64,000 bases of DNA from Macrostomum lignano (lineage: Eukaryota): assembly GCA_002269645.1 (NCBI GenBank), contig NIVC01001187.1:310001-374000 (forward strand), written 5' to 3'. Shown one piece after another: positions 23,301 to 37,700 of this stretch (position 1 is the first letter of the stretch; each line of letters starts with the position of its first letter). Made by a program: the position numbers and the translations under genes. The notes under the pieces were generated by a model. That model saw only the letters and a program-made list of their open reading frames with translations. It did not search any database and was not told the DNA's origin.

Positions 23301-26300
23301 TGGGAGATTTACCAAAGAAGCATTGACAAGTCTCACAAGGATTTCCTCAGTTTCCACGATTTATCGATGGTGCTGAGACGCCTATCCGAAAATGAAAAAA
23401 GCCCAATTTCTAAGAGAAAACTAAAGCCTGAATTTCAAAAGCTTTTTTCATGTAGTGAGCCAATAACATTCGTAATTAACTACAAGGACCAACTGTTAGC
23501 AACATTGGATTTGTTCCGCTCAGCATACGATAGTCTTCCTCAGCTGGAGGAAGTTCTGGTGTGCTCTGACCAAACTACAGAAGAGGATGTGTCGGTGTTT
23601 ATGCACCGATCCGTGCTGGATCAGAACAGCCAGGCTCTGTATGTGATTATGGGGGCTGAGCAGCTATCCTATCAGAATTCTGTCTTCGCTGAGGATATTT
23701 TTAGCCGGCTGCTGGATCTGGTGGAAGGACGAACGAAAGCAAAGATTTTCGCATTGATGGCCGATGATCAACAGCGAAACTTTCCGTTCTGCAGCATCCT
23801 CGCTTCCTTCATTCAGGATTATCCAATAATTCCAAATGAGAAAGACATTCGCGATTGGACAGCTAAATTTCTAAGAGAACAGACACCTGAAGAAAGTAGT
23901 TTTGTCTGGGTGACATCATCCCACCAGGCTTCAGGAATGGGTAAATCATTGATGTGCTCGCAAATCGCTAAGAAGAGAGCACCTGATCAAGACCCAGCCA
24001 TCTTTAGTTGCAATGACACCCATCTGGATGCGGAAAAGCTGCATGAATTCCTTAGCAGCCCGCTGAACGGGGGCTCAGCCGTCTTTCACATCGACATCGC
24101 ACGAGAGGTTCAGACAGGTTTTGATGTGTGCATCACCCAGATTGCGATTCTGGGGGGAATTTCCAGCTCTGCTGGTTTTATCTGGCGACGTGGATTTAGC
24201 CAGCGTTTGCTTCTTCTTGAGCACTCTAAAAACCTCCACTTTAATACAGACTTCCGAGTGCTGAACTTTTTGCCATGTATTCAGTGCAGATCACCTTCCG
24301 AAATTCTCGAAGCCATCGCTGATGGTAAAAGTGACAATGCTTGGGAGCCGCTGTTGAAGGATGAGTTACTTACGTCGGATTCCATCCGAAAACCTGTTAA
24401 ATACTTACTTAATAAAAAGGATCGTCGAACGGTACAGCTCTCTGCCAAAGACGTTGTGAAGCTGCTTGTCGAAAATTGTGGGATCGAAAATCCATCCTGG
24501 CAGGAACTACAAGTTTTCAGCAGATTTTTTTGCCGACAAATTTCCGACATGGAGAAATCTCCGTATTGTTCAGAAATTGCTGGTTCCGAGATTCAGGGAT
24601 TCCAGGAATTTGTGTTGAAATTCATGCTTATAATGTCAAAGGACTTCGCTACACGCTCGCTTAGCATCTCCGATGAAAGTGGAGGAAGTCAGATATCAGA
24701 TGGAAAATTCACGGACAGTCCTGAAAAAGAAGACCTGCAAAATTTTCAATTGAGGCGCCGCTGGGAACAGAATTCTCACCCGTATCTACTTTTTAACGAA
24801 GATGGAGCGACGTTTACTTTTGTAGGATTCACTATAAATCCCGCCGGTGATCTGCTGGATCAGAAGCGCGCAGTCATTCAAAAAGGAATTATGTCTCAAC
24901 AGCTGTACAAGGGCCTGCATCGACAAGGGGTTCACCTGGATGAAGCCTTCGATAGCTTGCCTCGTGACGAGATGATAAATAAAATTCGAATGGTTTTTGG
25001 ATTTGACAATCGTGCTGCGTCAACCGATCCTGATCTTTCCTATGAGCTTACCACAGATAACGCAATGAAAATGCTAGCTATTTACATGCGTTTCAGATGC
25101 GAGATCCCAGTTGTTCTGATGGGAGAAACTGGCTGTGGCAAAACAAAGCTGGTCGAGTTTCTGTCCAAGCTCATGCTACCCGAAGGACACCCACCGCTGA
25201 GCAATATTAGAATTCTAAAGGTTCATGGAGGTGTTTCTGAAGCAGAAGTGGTAAGTACACTAAGGGAAGCTGAGAAACTCGCCGCTGAGAACTTTAGTAA
25301 ATCCAAAAGATCGCCTTACACCATTGTGTTTTTTGATGAGGTAAACACCACAAGTGCAGTTGGACTCATCAAGGAAGTCATGATAGACGGCCGAGCTCAT
25401 GGAAAGCCAATCGATTTTTCAAAAGGACTTCGTTGCGTAGCAGCCTGCAATCCTTACCGAAAGCATTCCGAGGAAACAATTAAGATCCTTGAGAACAGCG
25501 GTTTGGGCTACCGAGTTCGGAAGGAGCAAACAAGCGACAGATTTGGCACCGTGCCAATGCGGCACCTCGTTTATAGAGTCAAACCGCTTCCGTTGTCGTT
25601 TCTCCAAGTGCTGTGGGACTTTGGAAATCTCACCGACGAATCTGAAAGAAAGTATATTGACAGAATTATAGAGTCTCGGAAAACTGCATTCTCTGAACCA
25701 GCAGCTTCTGAAAAAGAGCTGAACATTCTTAAGAATGCTATAGCAGCGTCTCAACGGTTCATGCGAACTTCTTCCGACGAGGCAAAATTTGTTTCCCTCC
25801 GAGATGTGGAAAAGGCGATGAAAATGCTGGAATGGCTCTATCGGAGTGAAATAATTGACACCAACTCAAAAGAGTCCAAGAAATGCAACCTTACAAAATT
25901 CATTTCAGCGGCAGTGATTAGTCTGGCGGTCTGTTACTACAGCCGTCTACCCAAAAACAGACAGCATGAATACCTGAGATTATCAAGCAGGTTGCATGTA
26001 CCGATTCCGTGACAGAAGGAGACATCTCAGACTTTATTTCGGCCGTCCAAAGTAATTTGGTCAGTGATGTTCAACTACCAGAGTCCATCGCGATGAACGA
26101 GGCTCTTAGGGAAAACATTTTCACAATGGTGGTGTGCATATCACTGCGAATTCCTCTTTTCATTGTTGGAAAACCGGGAAGCTCAAAGTCGCTTGGCAAA
26201 GCCATCGTTAAAGAATTAATGCAGGGACAAAATTCGCAGGGCCAGCATTTTAAAAAGCTGCCGAATACACAAATGTTGTCTTTCCAATGCTCCCCGTGGT

Positions 26301-29300
26301 CAACATCTGAAGGCATTATTAGCACATTCACACAAGCTGCAAAGCTTCAAGTGGGCAGAGATGAGAATGATTTCGCTTCTGTTGTTGTACTCGACGAAAT
26401 TGGACTGGCTGAAGACAGCCAAAATATGCCACTCAAGGCTCTGCACTCTCTTTTAGAGGAGGGAGTGAGTTTGAGGCATCAAATGAATTCAGAAGTACAT
26501 GATCAGCAAGCAAATACTATGACAGGCCAGACACAATATGTCAGAGTTTCCTTTGTTGGTTTATCTAACTGGGCTCTGGACCCTGCAAAGATGAATCGTG
26601 GTCTTTACATCCTTCGAGGCGTGCCAGCACATGATGACCTCATAGAAACGGCAAAGGGAATCTGCAAGGACAAGAAGCAAAACATAGTCTCCTGCTTGGA
26701 TCTGATTACGAGATTTTACTTCAAAATATGCGATGAAACGTGCAAGCAAGTTGAGTTTTTTGGTCTTCGTGACTACTTTTGTCTAGTAAAGCACTTGGTT
26801 TTCAAGACGAAAGGCAAAAAAGTTAATAATAGAATAATTTTGGAGTGCCTTTTGAGAAATTTTAGCGGCTTTAAAGACTTAAACCCCACCACGCTGCTTG
26901 ATCGCAAACTAGAAAGCGTTGACTTAACGGAGCTACAAGGCTATTCGCCAATTCTTGACTCACTGAGGAAATCTGATGATGAACAGCGTTATCTATTATT
27001 TATTACGCAGAACATGTCAGGCTTCAAGGTTTTATTAAAACTGTTGGACAGCAAATGTCCGAAGTAGGCATTCTCTATGCCAGCAGCTTTCCAAAGGACC
27101 AGGAGTACTCCAAGATGTGTACAGACATTAACAAGATTAAGGTTAGCATGGAGCGGGAGGAACTCTAGTTCTTCTAAACATAGAAAATCTTTACGAGTCA
27201 CTATATGACGCGCTGAATCAGTACTACGAGTACTGCGGACAAGACAGGTTCGTTGACCTTGGCTTAGGAACTCATCGTCTCAAGTGCAAAGTGCACAAGG
27301 AGTTCCGGATTATCGTCATTGCGGATCAAAGCACCGTCGAAGAAAAGTTTCCCATTCCCCTGATCAACCGCTTGGAGAAGCACAAGTTGAGCACAGAGGC
27401 AATTTTGAATGATGAGAAACGATATACCATTAGGCAGATCCTAGAATGGGTAGAAAAAATGAAAGCGTCTGGCGAACAAGGTCTTCAAGATATCTTTGTT
27501 GGGTACCACTCTGATGTTGTCCCATCATTAGTTTTCGAGCTGGAGAAAGTTGAGAGTGCGAAGGAAATGTTGCTGTCTGTTGTGACAGTTGAAAGTTTAG
27601 TGCAACTAGACAGGACTGATCTTTCGAATGAAAAAGAAGAGTTGTTGCAGAATCATTGCAGAACAAAAGGATTGCTGAGCCTGAGAGCGTTCCTCACAAA
27701 CTTCGAGTTTAAAAACAAGAAACCACTTTTGCAAGTAACTACCTACGACAGGCTGATGTCAATCAAACAAGTGAAAGAATTTTCAAGAAACTTTCCAGAA
27801 AAACTCGGTTCTTTTGAACACTGCTATTTAAGCAAGTTTGAATCAGAAACACAGTTTTGTGAGCACCTACGTGTCTTCTTTAAGAATGATAAGCGATGCA
27901 CTTTGCTGCTCCAATGCGAGGGAGCAAGCTCTAACTATCAAAGCCTTATTTCATGCGTTAAGTACCTTATAGAGGAGAATATCAAGTCCGGAAAGCAAGG
28001 TGAATCCTTGCCTGATTGGAGAGTCATTCTGATTATCAAGCTGCTACGATCGCAAATGGTCCCATTCACCGGGCTGGAGGGTGGTCTCTGGAATTCAGTG
28101 CACATTGAGGAACTAGTATCCTCTAACAGAGTGAATATTCATCATCTTGATGGTCTGCCCATGTCTAAAGTCGTTTCGAAAAGTAGTGAAATCGAGGAAC
28201 CTGCATGCATGTCCGAAACGGGCATGTCAGAGAAGCCTGTGAATTTCGGACTCTTGCTTCGCAACTGCCAATATGCTGCGCTTAGCCGGCTTAAGGACCC
28301 AACAAGCAGCGATAAACGTCTTGGAAACAGGCTCCAGACACTCCAACAAGTGCTAAGTGGTAGGTGTATCTTCAAATTTTATTTCCGAATTCTTGAGGTT
28401 ATGGATTTAAACTTTCTCAGTTCAGGCCGAAGTCAAAAAGATTTCCTATAAAATATTTTAGAACCTAAGTTTCTGTCTAAAGCAAATGACGTCGTCAGTG
28501 AGTCCCTGCGGTGGAAGGAGGATTCGTGGCAAGCTACTTTTACGCCAAGCCAGTGGCTCAGTTTCGAGTCGGCAAAACTGATCAACGTGCGAAACGCAGG
28601 AAATCTGACGTGAGTATGACAATTTTTAATCTATCTAAACTTAGTTCGAATCTTAATTATCAATGCAAAAAACAATTACAGCGAGAGCGCCTGGAGAACC
28701 ATTAAACGAGAGGCTTCCCATGCTTTTGCCTGCTTTCTAGCCTTTACCGACAGGGATGGAAACTTGAAAAACTACTCTAATGAGCTAAAAGCTCTTTGGT
28801 TGGATTTGCTTGGTTGTGCGTTCTTTTGTGACATTGAATTCAAGAGGTCATGTGAAGATAAAATGAGAGCCCCTGTTGAAAGTGCCGAATTTGAAGTAAC
28901 AAGCTCAGCAGCAGACAATCACGACTTCGACAGCCAATTTCCTTTTTCATGGGCAGTTCTGGAGCGCATGAGACGCCTGATGGAGGTAGACCCGGATCGA
29001 CTGGTAGAACTTTTTGGGGAGTCCGATTTCGGAGAAATTTTAAAAAAGCATGACTTCGATGATGCTTTGCTACTTAAATATAGCCAAGACATGCTTAATA
29101 TGCTTTTACTAGAAACTGACAGCGAGTCGGTGACACAAGTGAGTCGAATCCTCGTACAAAGCCCTGACATTCAAAAGGATTCATTGCCTAATGCTCTGAG
29201 TAGCTGCCTTCTAGTGCTCCAAAGATTCAAGCAACAGGTACAGCTACTGCTGAAGTTGAAGAGCCAGATCAAGGATCTAACCCTAAATATTGCGGAAGTG

Positions 29301-32300
29301 CAGCGACTGGAAGACTTGCCGGATGTAAGTTTGCCTTGATGTCAATTTTTAAGAATTTCGACCTGTCTATTTTCTAATGTTTTATGAGCTGTACGGGAGA
29401 ACTGTGTGTTTCAATTATTCTACAATTTTAGGTTTTGTTCACCTCTTTTTACAAGCACTTTGAGAAAAACAAAACTCATCTCAACTCAGCTGAAAATCGA
29501 AAATTATGGCAAGCATGGGTTACAGACTCCGATGCGGTGATCTGCCGACTTCTGTTGAAAAACGGAAATGAAGAAATGCAACTTCAGTGGGACCGCATTC
29601 AGTGCGTCTTCATCTTTCTGACGGAAGTCGTGAATGCGTTCGATTCTGAAGCCCACATCGAAGAATCCGACATCAAGCCAATCCAGTTGTGGAATGTAAG
29701 CTTGGGCTTCAAATCAACTCTGATAAAGTAAGGCTTTTGAGAGCAATTCCTAACAAGTAAAAGAGCTGCCACTCAATTAATCGCAATTTCAGTCTCTCCA
29801 ACGAAAGTTAAAGGAGAACTTTCAAAGTCTGGAAGCAATTCGAATCATTGAAGAGTTTGTGGATAAGATGAACACATCGCTAACAGAAAAAATCTTAGGG
29901 TAAGAGCTTTCTTAGCTTAACTCTAACTGTTTGCGATACGCTGGTAGTAAATGTTCAACTGCTTAAAATTTCAGGAGCAAGGATTGCAGCAAGTGCAAAA
30001 AGCGTTCAGATTTCAAGTTAATATTGCCATGTGCTGATCGGTTGTGTGCTGAATGCGTAGCGGACTGCGAAGTTTCGGAAAACCATGCTGATAGCAGAAA
30101 ATGTCCGATCTGCAAGCAAGACTTCGATCCTAAGGCTGTGAGCGGTCCAAAGCAGCAGGTTCTTGTGGACTTCAAGGCTAGGTGCACTAGATTCATGATG
30201 CAAGTCGTGTCCAAGCTCTGCTTCCAAGCAGCTAAGCCCCCAACTGAGGATTTATGTCATCATTTAATTGGCTTCGTGACAAGAACCTCCAAACAAAATG
30301 CTGCTTTCGGGCTCTTCGGTGACGACCGCGACGATTCTCCGGTGTTCAGATCGTTCATCTTACAGAGGCTGCTTAAATTCCAGCCAAGCCAGGTCGAATC
30401 GCTGTTACAGCAACACGTTGATGCTGTCGCTAATTTCAGGGCAGATGCCAGGCATGATTTAGCTAAGATAATTGTGAACTGCATGGAAGACGCTCAGATT
30501 GTGCGAAGCGAAGCTGAAGCGATGAATGAAGAACAGCAACTGCATCACGCTGTGTCCTTGCTGCAGAGTCGACCCTACCAGAAAAGCTCCAGCTGTTGCA
30601 GATTCCACACCTACAAAACATCGCTTCACGTAGAGTGGCTTTACGCGTTCTGGCATTCGTATTTTCTCTTGGAAATCTCGGTGAAGAAACTGTTAATGCA
30701 CTGGCAAGAGCTCTGGAGCCGCATAAGTGGAGCCGAATTTACTTTTTGCGCTGCCTTTCCATGGAGGTTGGTGTCTCTGCTGCAATAGGCCTCATCTTTA
30801 GAAATACAGTGTTAAGACAACTCTGGAAGCAGAAATTGGAGGCATGGATGTAGTGCCCGTGCCTGACTTTCTACTCAGCCACTCTGAGGCGTACAAAGAC
30901 TCAAAAGAGTATGTTCTCTCAACATATACGATTCGAAACTCAGGTAATATAAAATTTATCAAAATGTTTTAAATAAAATATGACCTTTCAGCATAGTCGT
31001 ATCCTCAAATGAAAAGTTGATTAGGCGTCAAACATTGACCCCATATTGTAAATAATACTAAATGTACTTTAAGCGCACCCCACCTGCCGCACACGGCCAA
31101 AAAGAAAGGAGAACATCGGTTGCCAGTAGTCGATCCACTTCTGCCCACGTCTGCGCGTGCCAGCAAGAAGCAAGGTACTGAAGCGGCTCAGCACAATAAT
31201 AGGCTTCTAGGAATCTCGGGCCAGGCTCGCTGCATCGCTGACGTAGCTTCGTATATTAGACTTCAACATTAAAAGTCCAAATGCATGCACAATCTATGAG
31301 TGTAATGCTTGTTTTATCAAAAGGATTCTCGTGAAAAGCGCGCTGAGGATTTGGTTCATTACAAGTATTCTTGCTCTCGACACAGGGCAGTTGGACGTAA
31401 AACAATCGTTATTATGTATAGTGTGATTTCTATCCGGAAAGATTAATAGCTCGTAATAAGCGAGAATTGATCCAATTAAGCTTCTGCTAATTTCAGGACT
31501 CGGTGCTTCCTGACTCGAGCGGAACTATCTTGGTTCTAGCAGCACTGGCATCCACGTATAAACTACGACACATGACTGAAGAGAAACCACCGGAATTCGA
31601 AAACTGCATCGAAAGATTGAAGTCTGAATTGTCTGCTCCACAAAAGGTAACGAAAAATGAGAAAATTGTACAGTATATTGCTGGTATGATTAGCAACACA
31701 GTTAAACGTTTCATCAGTCTAAAATGATGCTTAACATATGTTCAAATGAGTTGAAATGGACGCTTTAATTTTCCTTTTGCTACTTAGCTACATGAGTGCA
31801 ACACGCTCTTTGGAAAAATCAAGTAGAAAATTTAGTAGGCAGCTGTATACACTAACAGATCCAGGGGGTCCAAATCATCAATATATTTCTTCAAATTCGT
31901 GATATTGCAAGTCCAGAAAGCTGTGCTCTGTTAATTTTTTTCATATTAACGCAAACTTAAGAATGCTGGCGGATCCAGGGGGGTCAAGGGGGTCGGCTGA
32001 CGGGATCAGAACCCCCCGGGAAAATCCTGGATCCACCATTGACTGTATAGTATCGCTGAAATCGTTAAAAATCGAATACTCTGCCTTTTAAGTGTTTTGA
32101 TATGGCATTAAATTATTTTCCTGCGTCAAAAGAGCAGCGTATTTATACTTGTATTGTGCTTAAGTAGCTAATTCAATCTGTAGGTACCAAGTTCTCTTTG
32201 GTACGCGTATAATAAAATATAGCAAGGGACAATCGAAAACCCCTTTGTTATAACAAAGGCTAGATGTATTGCAATACTTCAATGTAGTTCGCAGTGTTAA

Positions 32301-35239
32301 AACGCTCATTTTCCTAAAACTAGTTTTATAGCTATCAGAAGAATGTAAAATATTTAAACATTTGTTGTTGAATTTTAGAAACTGTACAACCAGTTGGCTT
32401 ACCTGACGCAATCGCCATTGCCGGACCACAATGCTGCTCTGCTGTGCATTCGCTTGGCCTATGTGTTACACGCCAATTCCGCAAATGAAAGCTCCGCCTT
32501 TCGAAAGTTTTTGAAGGACCTGAAGTCATTAGCCGACAACTCGTATCTTCCTGCGATGATGCACGATGAAATCTGGGAGCGGCTGTTAGAAATGATTAAC
32601 TGTCCAATTACAACGAAGGATAAAGAGGGTTTTCTTTGTGATGAAAACTTCAAGATGTACTGTGAGTAAACACCAAAGCTATAGTAGGTGATGTACGATA
32701 GGAACAAACTACCTTCGTTACCAAAAACAAATTGTCAAAGAGTATATTCTGCATCCTTCTCAGACCCAGATTATCTTGAGTGCCATCATTTTTAGTAAGT
32801 CGGATTCGTTTCTGTTGGCAAGCAGGTGAAGTGACGGTCCAAAAGCCCGCGTCTTGAAACTCACCCTAAAGCTTGGTGGGAATTATCATAATACCAGATG
32901 TAGCGAAATAGCTGCAACCCAAGTTTCTTACTTTCTTAATACCTGTTGTAGCTACATTTCATTCATTGTCACATCAGGTGCCAGAGTGGAAACGAATATC
33001 AAAAAGTTACTTAGGTTGCTTAGGTTAGGAGGAGGCAGTGGCGAAGATACGAGCTGGTCCTGGGCGCATGTTAGAGCCCTCTCAGGGCATGCAGGGTCGA
33101 GTAACTCAACTCCCCTCGTTTAACAACAGCAGCAACTAGCTGATGTGCTGACGAGCTACGAGATCACAAGTATTGCAAGAGCCATCCGTAATTTTCTTTC
33201 TAGGTTGCCCAAACGGCCATCCGTACGTCTTGGGAGAAGTAAGCAGCCAAAAAATATTTTAACGAACTAAGGCCGTTTATTTTATCCGTTTTTTTTATGC
33301 TAAAGTTGTCAAATTCAATCATTATTTTAATTTTCAGTGCACACAAGGATGGGTGAAGTACAAGTGTCACGAATGCGCTGCTGACATTGGGGGTCAGAAG
33401 CATAAAATAGCTGCAAACAACACCGAATACAAATGCAAGACAAAGATGGGCTTCTCCCCGCCATCTATGAAGGAAGGTCAGCAGCCTCTGCGCAAGCTCA
33501 CGCCAGCCAGTGCAGCTCTGATCCGGCTGCTGCAGCATCTGGCCATGTTGGTTTCTCCAGACTCCAGACGCAAACTCCAGACTCCAGACGCAAACTGCTA
33601 CTTGAGAGGGTTCGTCGACGACTTGAAATTGTTCAGCCAAGTAACCGGCAGAAGTGAGGAGGAGACATATCATATCCTCCACTTACTACTTAAGCAATTG
33701 GAGTCGGCCAAAAGCGAATCCGTTTCTTTTGATCTGAAAACTGACAAAAGCCGGAGAGAATTTGAGGACCAAATCGATAGGGAGTTGATACAGCCAATTA
33801 TGGGAAACCTCAGCGACCTTCTTCAGAAATCTAACAAAGAAATTGCGCAGCAAACATCGGAAATTTTGCAAATCATCCATGGTACTTCGAAAATGGAAGA
33901 AGAGGAGGAGGCTTCGCTCTGGAAATGTCACAGGCGGATAACCGTAAAGCACGCTGAGTATGCTTTCCAGGAACTAAGTACCGAACTCTCTGAACGATAC
34001 AGACTGACTGGAACGGTTATTAATTGGCTTCCTGTATTGCGTCACGTCGGATCCTTGCCTCGACTGATGAGACTGACAAAAGAATTGACGACATGTTACA
34101 ACTACAAAATTACCTCTAAAGACGCCAGCTCAAGGACTTTTCAAGAAGCCTGGCACGACCGTAGTGACGAGTGCAAGCTGCAGGATGTGTATGAATTTGG
34201 ACGAATTTGGGATGAACTCAAGCACCGACTGAAGCTGGCGCGGTTTGAAGACTTACCATATCCGGTTGTAAAGGGTGAAGTTTCCGCCTGTGACCTGCCA
34301 TTGGCAGCTCTGCTACCGCATTCGAGTGAATGGGGGCGTTGCATCGTGGCCCTAGTGCAGCTGCTTGTTGATGCTCAAAATGCGGTGATTGATGCCAGCG
34401 CTATCAAAACGGAGAAAATATCACTGGACGATATAGATCAGGCTGCTGTGATACCACGGGATCTAGAAGCGGGCCTCCTGCCGATACTACTGGCTAATAG
34501 TAGCTACTCGCTCAAAGATGCAGCCTGTGTTGAATATGATTTCAAGAGTCTCGAGTGCCAACTGGTGGACTTCTTGGCGCGCGGCCGTTGCCGAATAGCT
34601 CCTCTCTTATCACCAATCGTCTACAAGGATGAGGTACATCTGATGCAGCTCTTCAAGCGTCTGGAGCGAACTGTACCACAAAACTCAGCTCCGTCAAGCG
34701 TGCCACTGACTCAGGCGCTAAGCTCAAATCTGCCTCACGAGTTAAGAGACATCACTGAGCTCTTGGATGACTCGTTGCCTGCAGCCATGCGTTTCCTAAT
34801 CTCGCTGGCGCCGAAGGACACACAAGAGTTGCTGCATGCCTTCATGACTGAAAGGCTTGCAATGCCAGGTCTGCCCACACCACAGCTGCAGCGCAGCGTC
34901 ACATTAGCGGATACTAAGCTGCTCTGGATGTTCCTGGACCATCTGCGTTGCCGCTGTCTAATCCGAAGTGACTTGAACCCGTTTGAAGACTGTGGTGAAG
35001 TGATCGAGCTGCCAATGGAGTTGCCGAAAGAGCTGAAGAATCGGCGCTCAATTCTTATGGAGAAGCTGCATGCCTTCATCAGGCTGGAGCTGAGCAGTGG
35101 GCCAGCAATTTACGAGGGCATGGAGCTGCAGGAAGTGTGTGACATCTTTCCCGAGTACGATGAATTCAGCGCTTTCGACGGGAGCTTCTTGTGCGAGCAC
35201 GCGGTTGCTGTCTGGACCGCTCTCAATCGCATGGAGTGA
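14325..35239 (+). CDS. RNF213: RNF213 (mysterin)-like giant AAA+ ATPase / E3 ubiquitin ligase; multi-exon, with at least six apparent -1 frameshifts
   Basis: N-terminal Cys-rich ribbons and a possible CBM20-like segment (15910-16250). AAA core motifs: SGMGKS, YELTTDNAMKMLAI..PVVLMGETGCGKT, FFDEVNT, ACNPYR, LVYRVKPLP, FVSLRDV, IPLFIVGKPGSSKS, VVVLDEIGLAE, SNWALDPAKMNRG, FFGLRDY, SFPKDQEY, LYESLYDALNQYY, FPIPLINRLEKH. RING at 29985-30115; RZ finger CPNGHPYVLGE|CTQGWVKYKCHECAADIGGQKH (33204-33238 plus 33338 onward); stop at 35239. Not all internal exon boundaries were resolved. Confidence 0.93.
14693..15908 (+). repeat. Coding 45-bp tandem repeat, about 27 x 15 aa (VEETPNTGDRDQGRP), in exon 1 of the RNF213-like gene
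   Basis: No indels or stops across about 1.2 kb in the frame of ORF 14325-16724; flanked in frame by the Cys-rich N-terminus and the downstream globular domain. Confidence 0.9.
31850..32041. mobile_element. Degenerate hAT-like MITE in an RNF213-like intron
   Basis: Imperfect TIRs sharing GATCCAGG / CCTGGATC; near-TSD GCTGTATA / ACTGTATA (7 of 8 match). Confidence 0.5.
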
Positions 35240-35303
35240 TGCCGATTGTGCTTTGGTTTTTAGACTGACAAAACAGTTGATTCCCCGTTCCCCATATGAT
35301 TCC

Positions 35304-35395
35304 CTATACTCACTAGCTAGCTATACTCACTATACTTACTATACTCACTATACTTACTATACTCACTATACTTACTATACTCACTATACTCACTA
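35304..35395. repeat. 9-bp tandem repeat (CTATACTCA / CTATACTTA) in the RNF213-like 3' flank
   Basis: About 9-10 units visible directly. Confidence 0.85.
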
Positions 35396-37419
35396 ATGAG
35401 TGATGAGGCAAATCATGCTGAAATTAGTCGGAAAACTATTACTGAAAAATTCGAATGCAAGTAGATATGGCTAATACCTCGCGATCGTAAAGTAATTTGT
35501 TTTTTAAAACTGTCGGTCTGCTTTTTCTCGCACAGGCAAGTTTCGTATTGAAATTCAGAAGCACAAAACAAGCAAAGCAAGCCTCATTGCTATGATCAGT
35601 TATTTGGTGATGTGTTTGCATGGTCACAAATTGTAGTTTTACTGTTCCATACAATATTTAATCCCACTTAATAAATATCTTTCACTATTTATTAGCTAAC
35701 TATCAAAACAATAACCACCATTCTTATTCTGCTAGCAGCTAGCTAGCTAACTATATTTATACTTTGATCGGTCCCTTGTTGTATGTGTGATTGCATGTTC
35801 AAAATGGAAGTTACATTTTATTTACAATATTTAACCTCTACTTATCGTTTCAATCTATTTTTAATAACAGAAAAAATCAATCCAACGTTTTTATTCTTCT
35901 AGCAGCTTATAATTACTCTCACAATTACTGGTATTCATGTTTAAAAATTTTATGTTATATTTTGTGATTTCTCATTTCAGAAGCAAATTTTACTGTCATA
36001 AAAATATTTACCCAAAAATTTCTATTGTTTTATTCGATAAACTTTGAACGTGTTTATTCCGATTTTATATTTAAGATTTAATCAGCTATTTTTGTAGCGA
36101 ACAACTTGCTATTCTGAGACTGAGCTCGAAGATCACTAAAACTTCAGTTGCTAAATCATTGAAAAAATTCATTGTTTACAACACTGGCTAAAATATAAAC
36201 ATTGTTTAAAATTTAAAGCAAATTCAAATTTAAAATTGTTAGAATAAATTTAAAATTTAAAATAATGTTTAGTAACACAATAAATAGTAAAAATGGGTCC
36301 GCGTTTTATTTAAAACAAAAAGAAATTTCCACCAACTGTCCATTGATTCTCAAATGCACTTTCAGTAAAACAATTTTTTTCGAATTTGAACAGGACCGAA
36401 ACTGCCAAGTGTTTTAAGCAAAAAAGTTATTTAAATGTTACAGACTTCAATTATAATTATAATTGATGATATAGTTTTGTTCTATCAACTCGTTTATTCA
36501 GCCCTGCATCTTTTTGCAAATAACAGAAATACTGTAGTATCGCTAACAGATTGTTTTCGTAAAATGTATCCACACCACCGCACTATTGATTTTATGCAGC
36601 CACTTCCCTCAGTAGTATGTCACGATCTAAAACTACTCTTTATTTCGAAATAAAATCGCTTGTTTAAATAGCTTTTCTATTAGTTATTCATCAACTATCA
36701 ACTAGACGACTTGGGACCTTGTTAGCTATCGGTACGCTCGTAACAGATTTCTAACCGCTTGTAAAGTTCAAGTCAAGCTACACGTGAATCAACTTCTTGG
36801 CACAGTTACAGAGGGCGTGCGATGATAATTTATATCTCTTCTGAAGAGTTTGCCTTTAGAAAACTAGAAAATGAAAGGAGAGATCCAGAGAAAGAGAGAG
36901 GAATTGAGTCGTGTCTAAACCCACGAACTTCCACTTCCAGACCGAAGCCTCGGCACAAATAATGGCCCTAAGTACAACGAGGTGAGTCACCTTAACGAAG
37001 ATGCGTATGTTATTGGACAGTTGTCCAGTCTTGAAAAAAAGCTTCAGCAGTTCTCGGTCGGTAGTTCCTTCGATCGTTAGAAGTACTCTTAGGTTAAGTT
37101 AAGTAGCAGCTTTGAACGAATAGCAATCCGACCTCGATCGGGTTGATCGGTAGTAGTATCTTTTCCTCTTACTCGATTTTTACATTAGTACAAACACAAA
37201 TTTTGTTTAAATGAAGAAGGCGATTGAAGATATAATCGCTAGGTCTTTTGCATCCTCGGAGAGTATAGCTACATGTATTTAGACTTCTCATGAGTTGCCT
37301 TAAATAAGCGCCGGTCTCTCCTCGGAGACTATCAGTCTATTTCTAGACTTCTCCGCACTCGTTTGAGCCTGCTCCGAGTCGGAGATTTTTGGCTTGTATT
37401 TATACACAATTTATATCTA

Positions 37420-37700
37420 TAACAGGACCACAGCTCGTCAGTCAGCTGCGCGCTCGCACGGGGGTCGCTGAAATCGGCGGTTGCCATGGCCATCCTAACG
37501 TCGGCGGGAAGCTGCTGGCGAAACAGCATTGTAATACTTCGTAGGAAATCGGGCATAGGCATGCAGGTGCGCACACAGAAGCGTGAGTCATTTCCCCCAG
37601 ACACACATCCAAGCTGGCTGGTTGGGTGGAGTCACCTTACCAGCCAGGCGTGCTGGAGACTGCGTGCGAATGCCCGAAGCTCACGATCCCGGCTGTGCAC
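37420..37700 (-). pseudogene. Decayed fragment resembling Gypsy-type gag
   Basis: LFRQQLPADVRMAMATADFSDPRASAQLTDELW resembles the LFLEQLP.DVR..LA..DF.DP...A..AD.LW segment of Gypsy gag-like proteins; no pol or LTR pair recognised. Confidence 0.45.
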
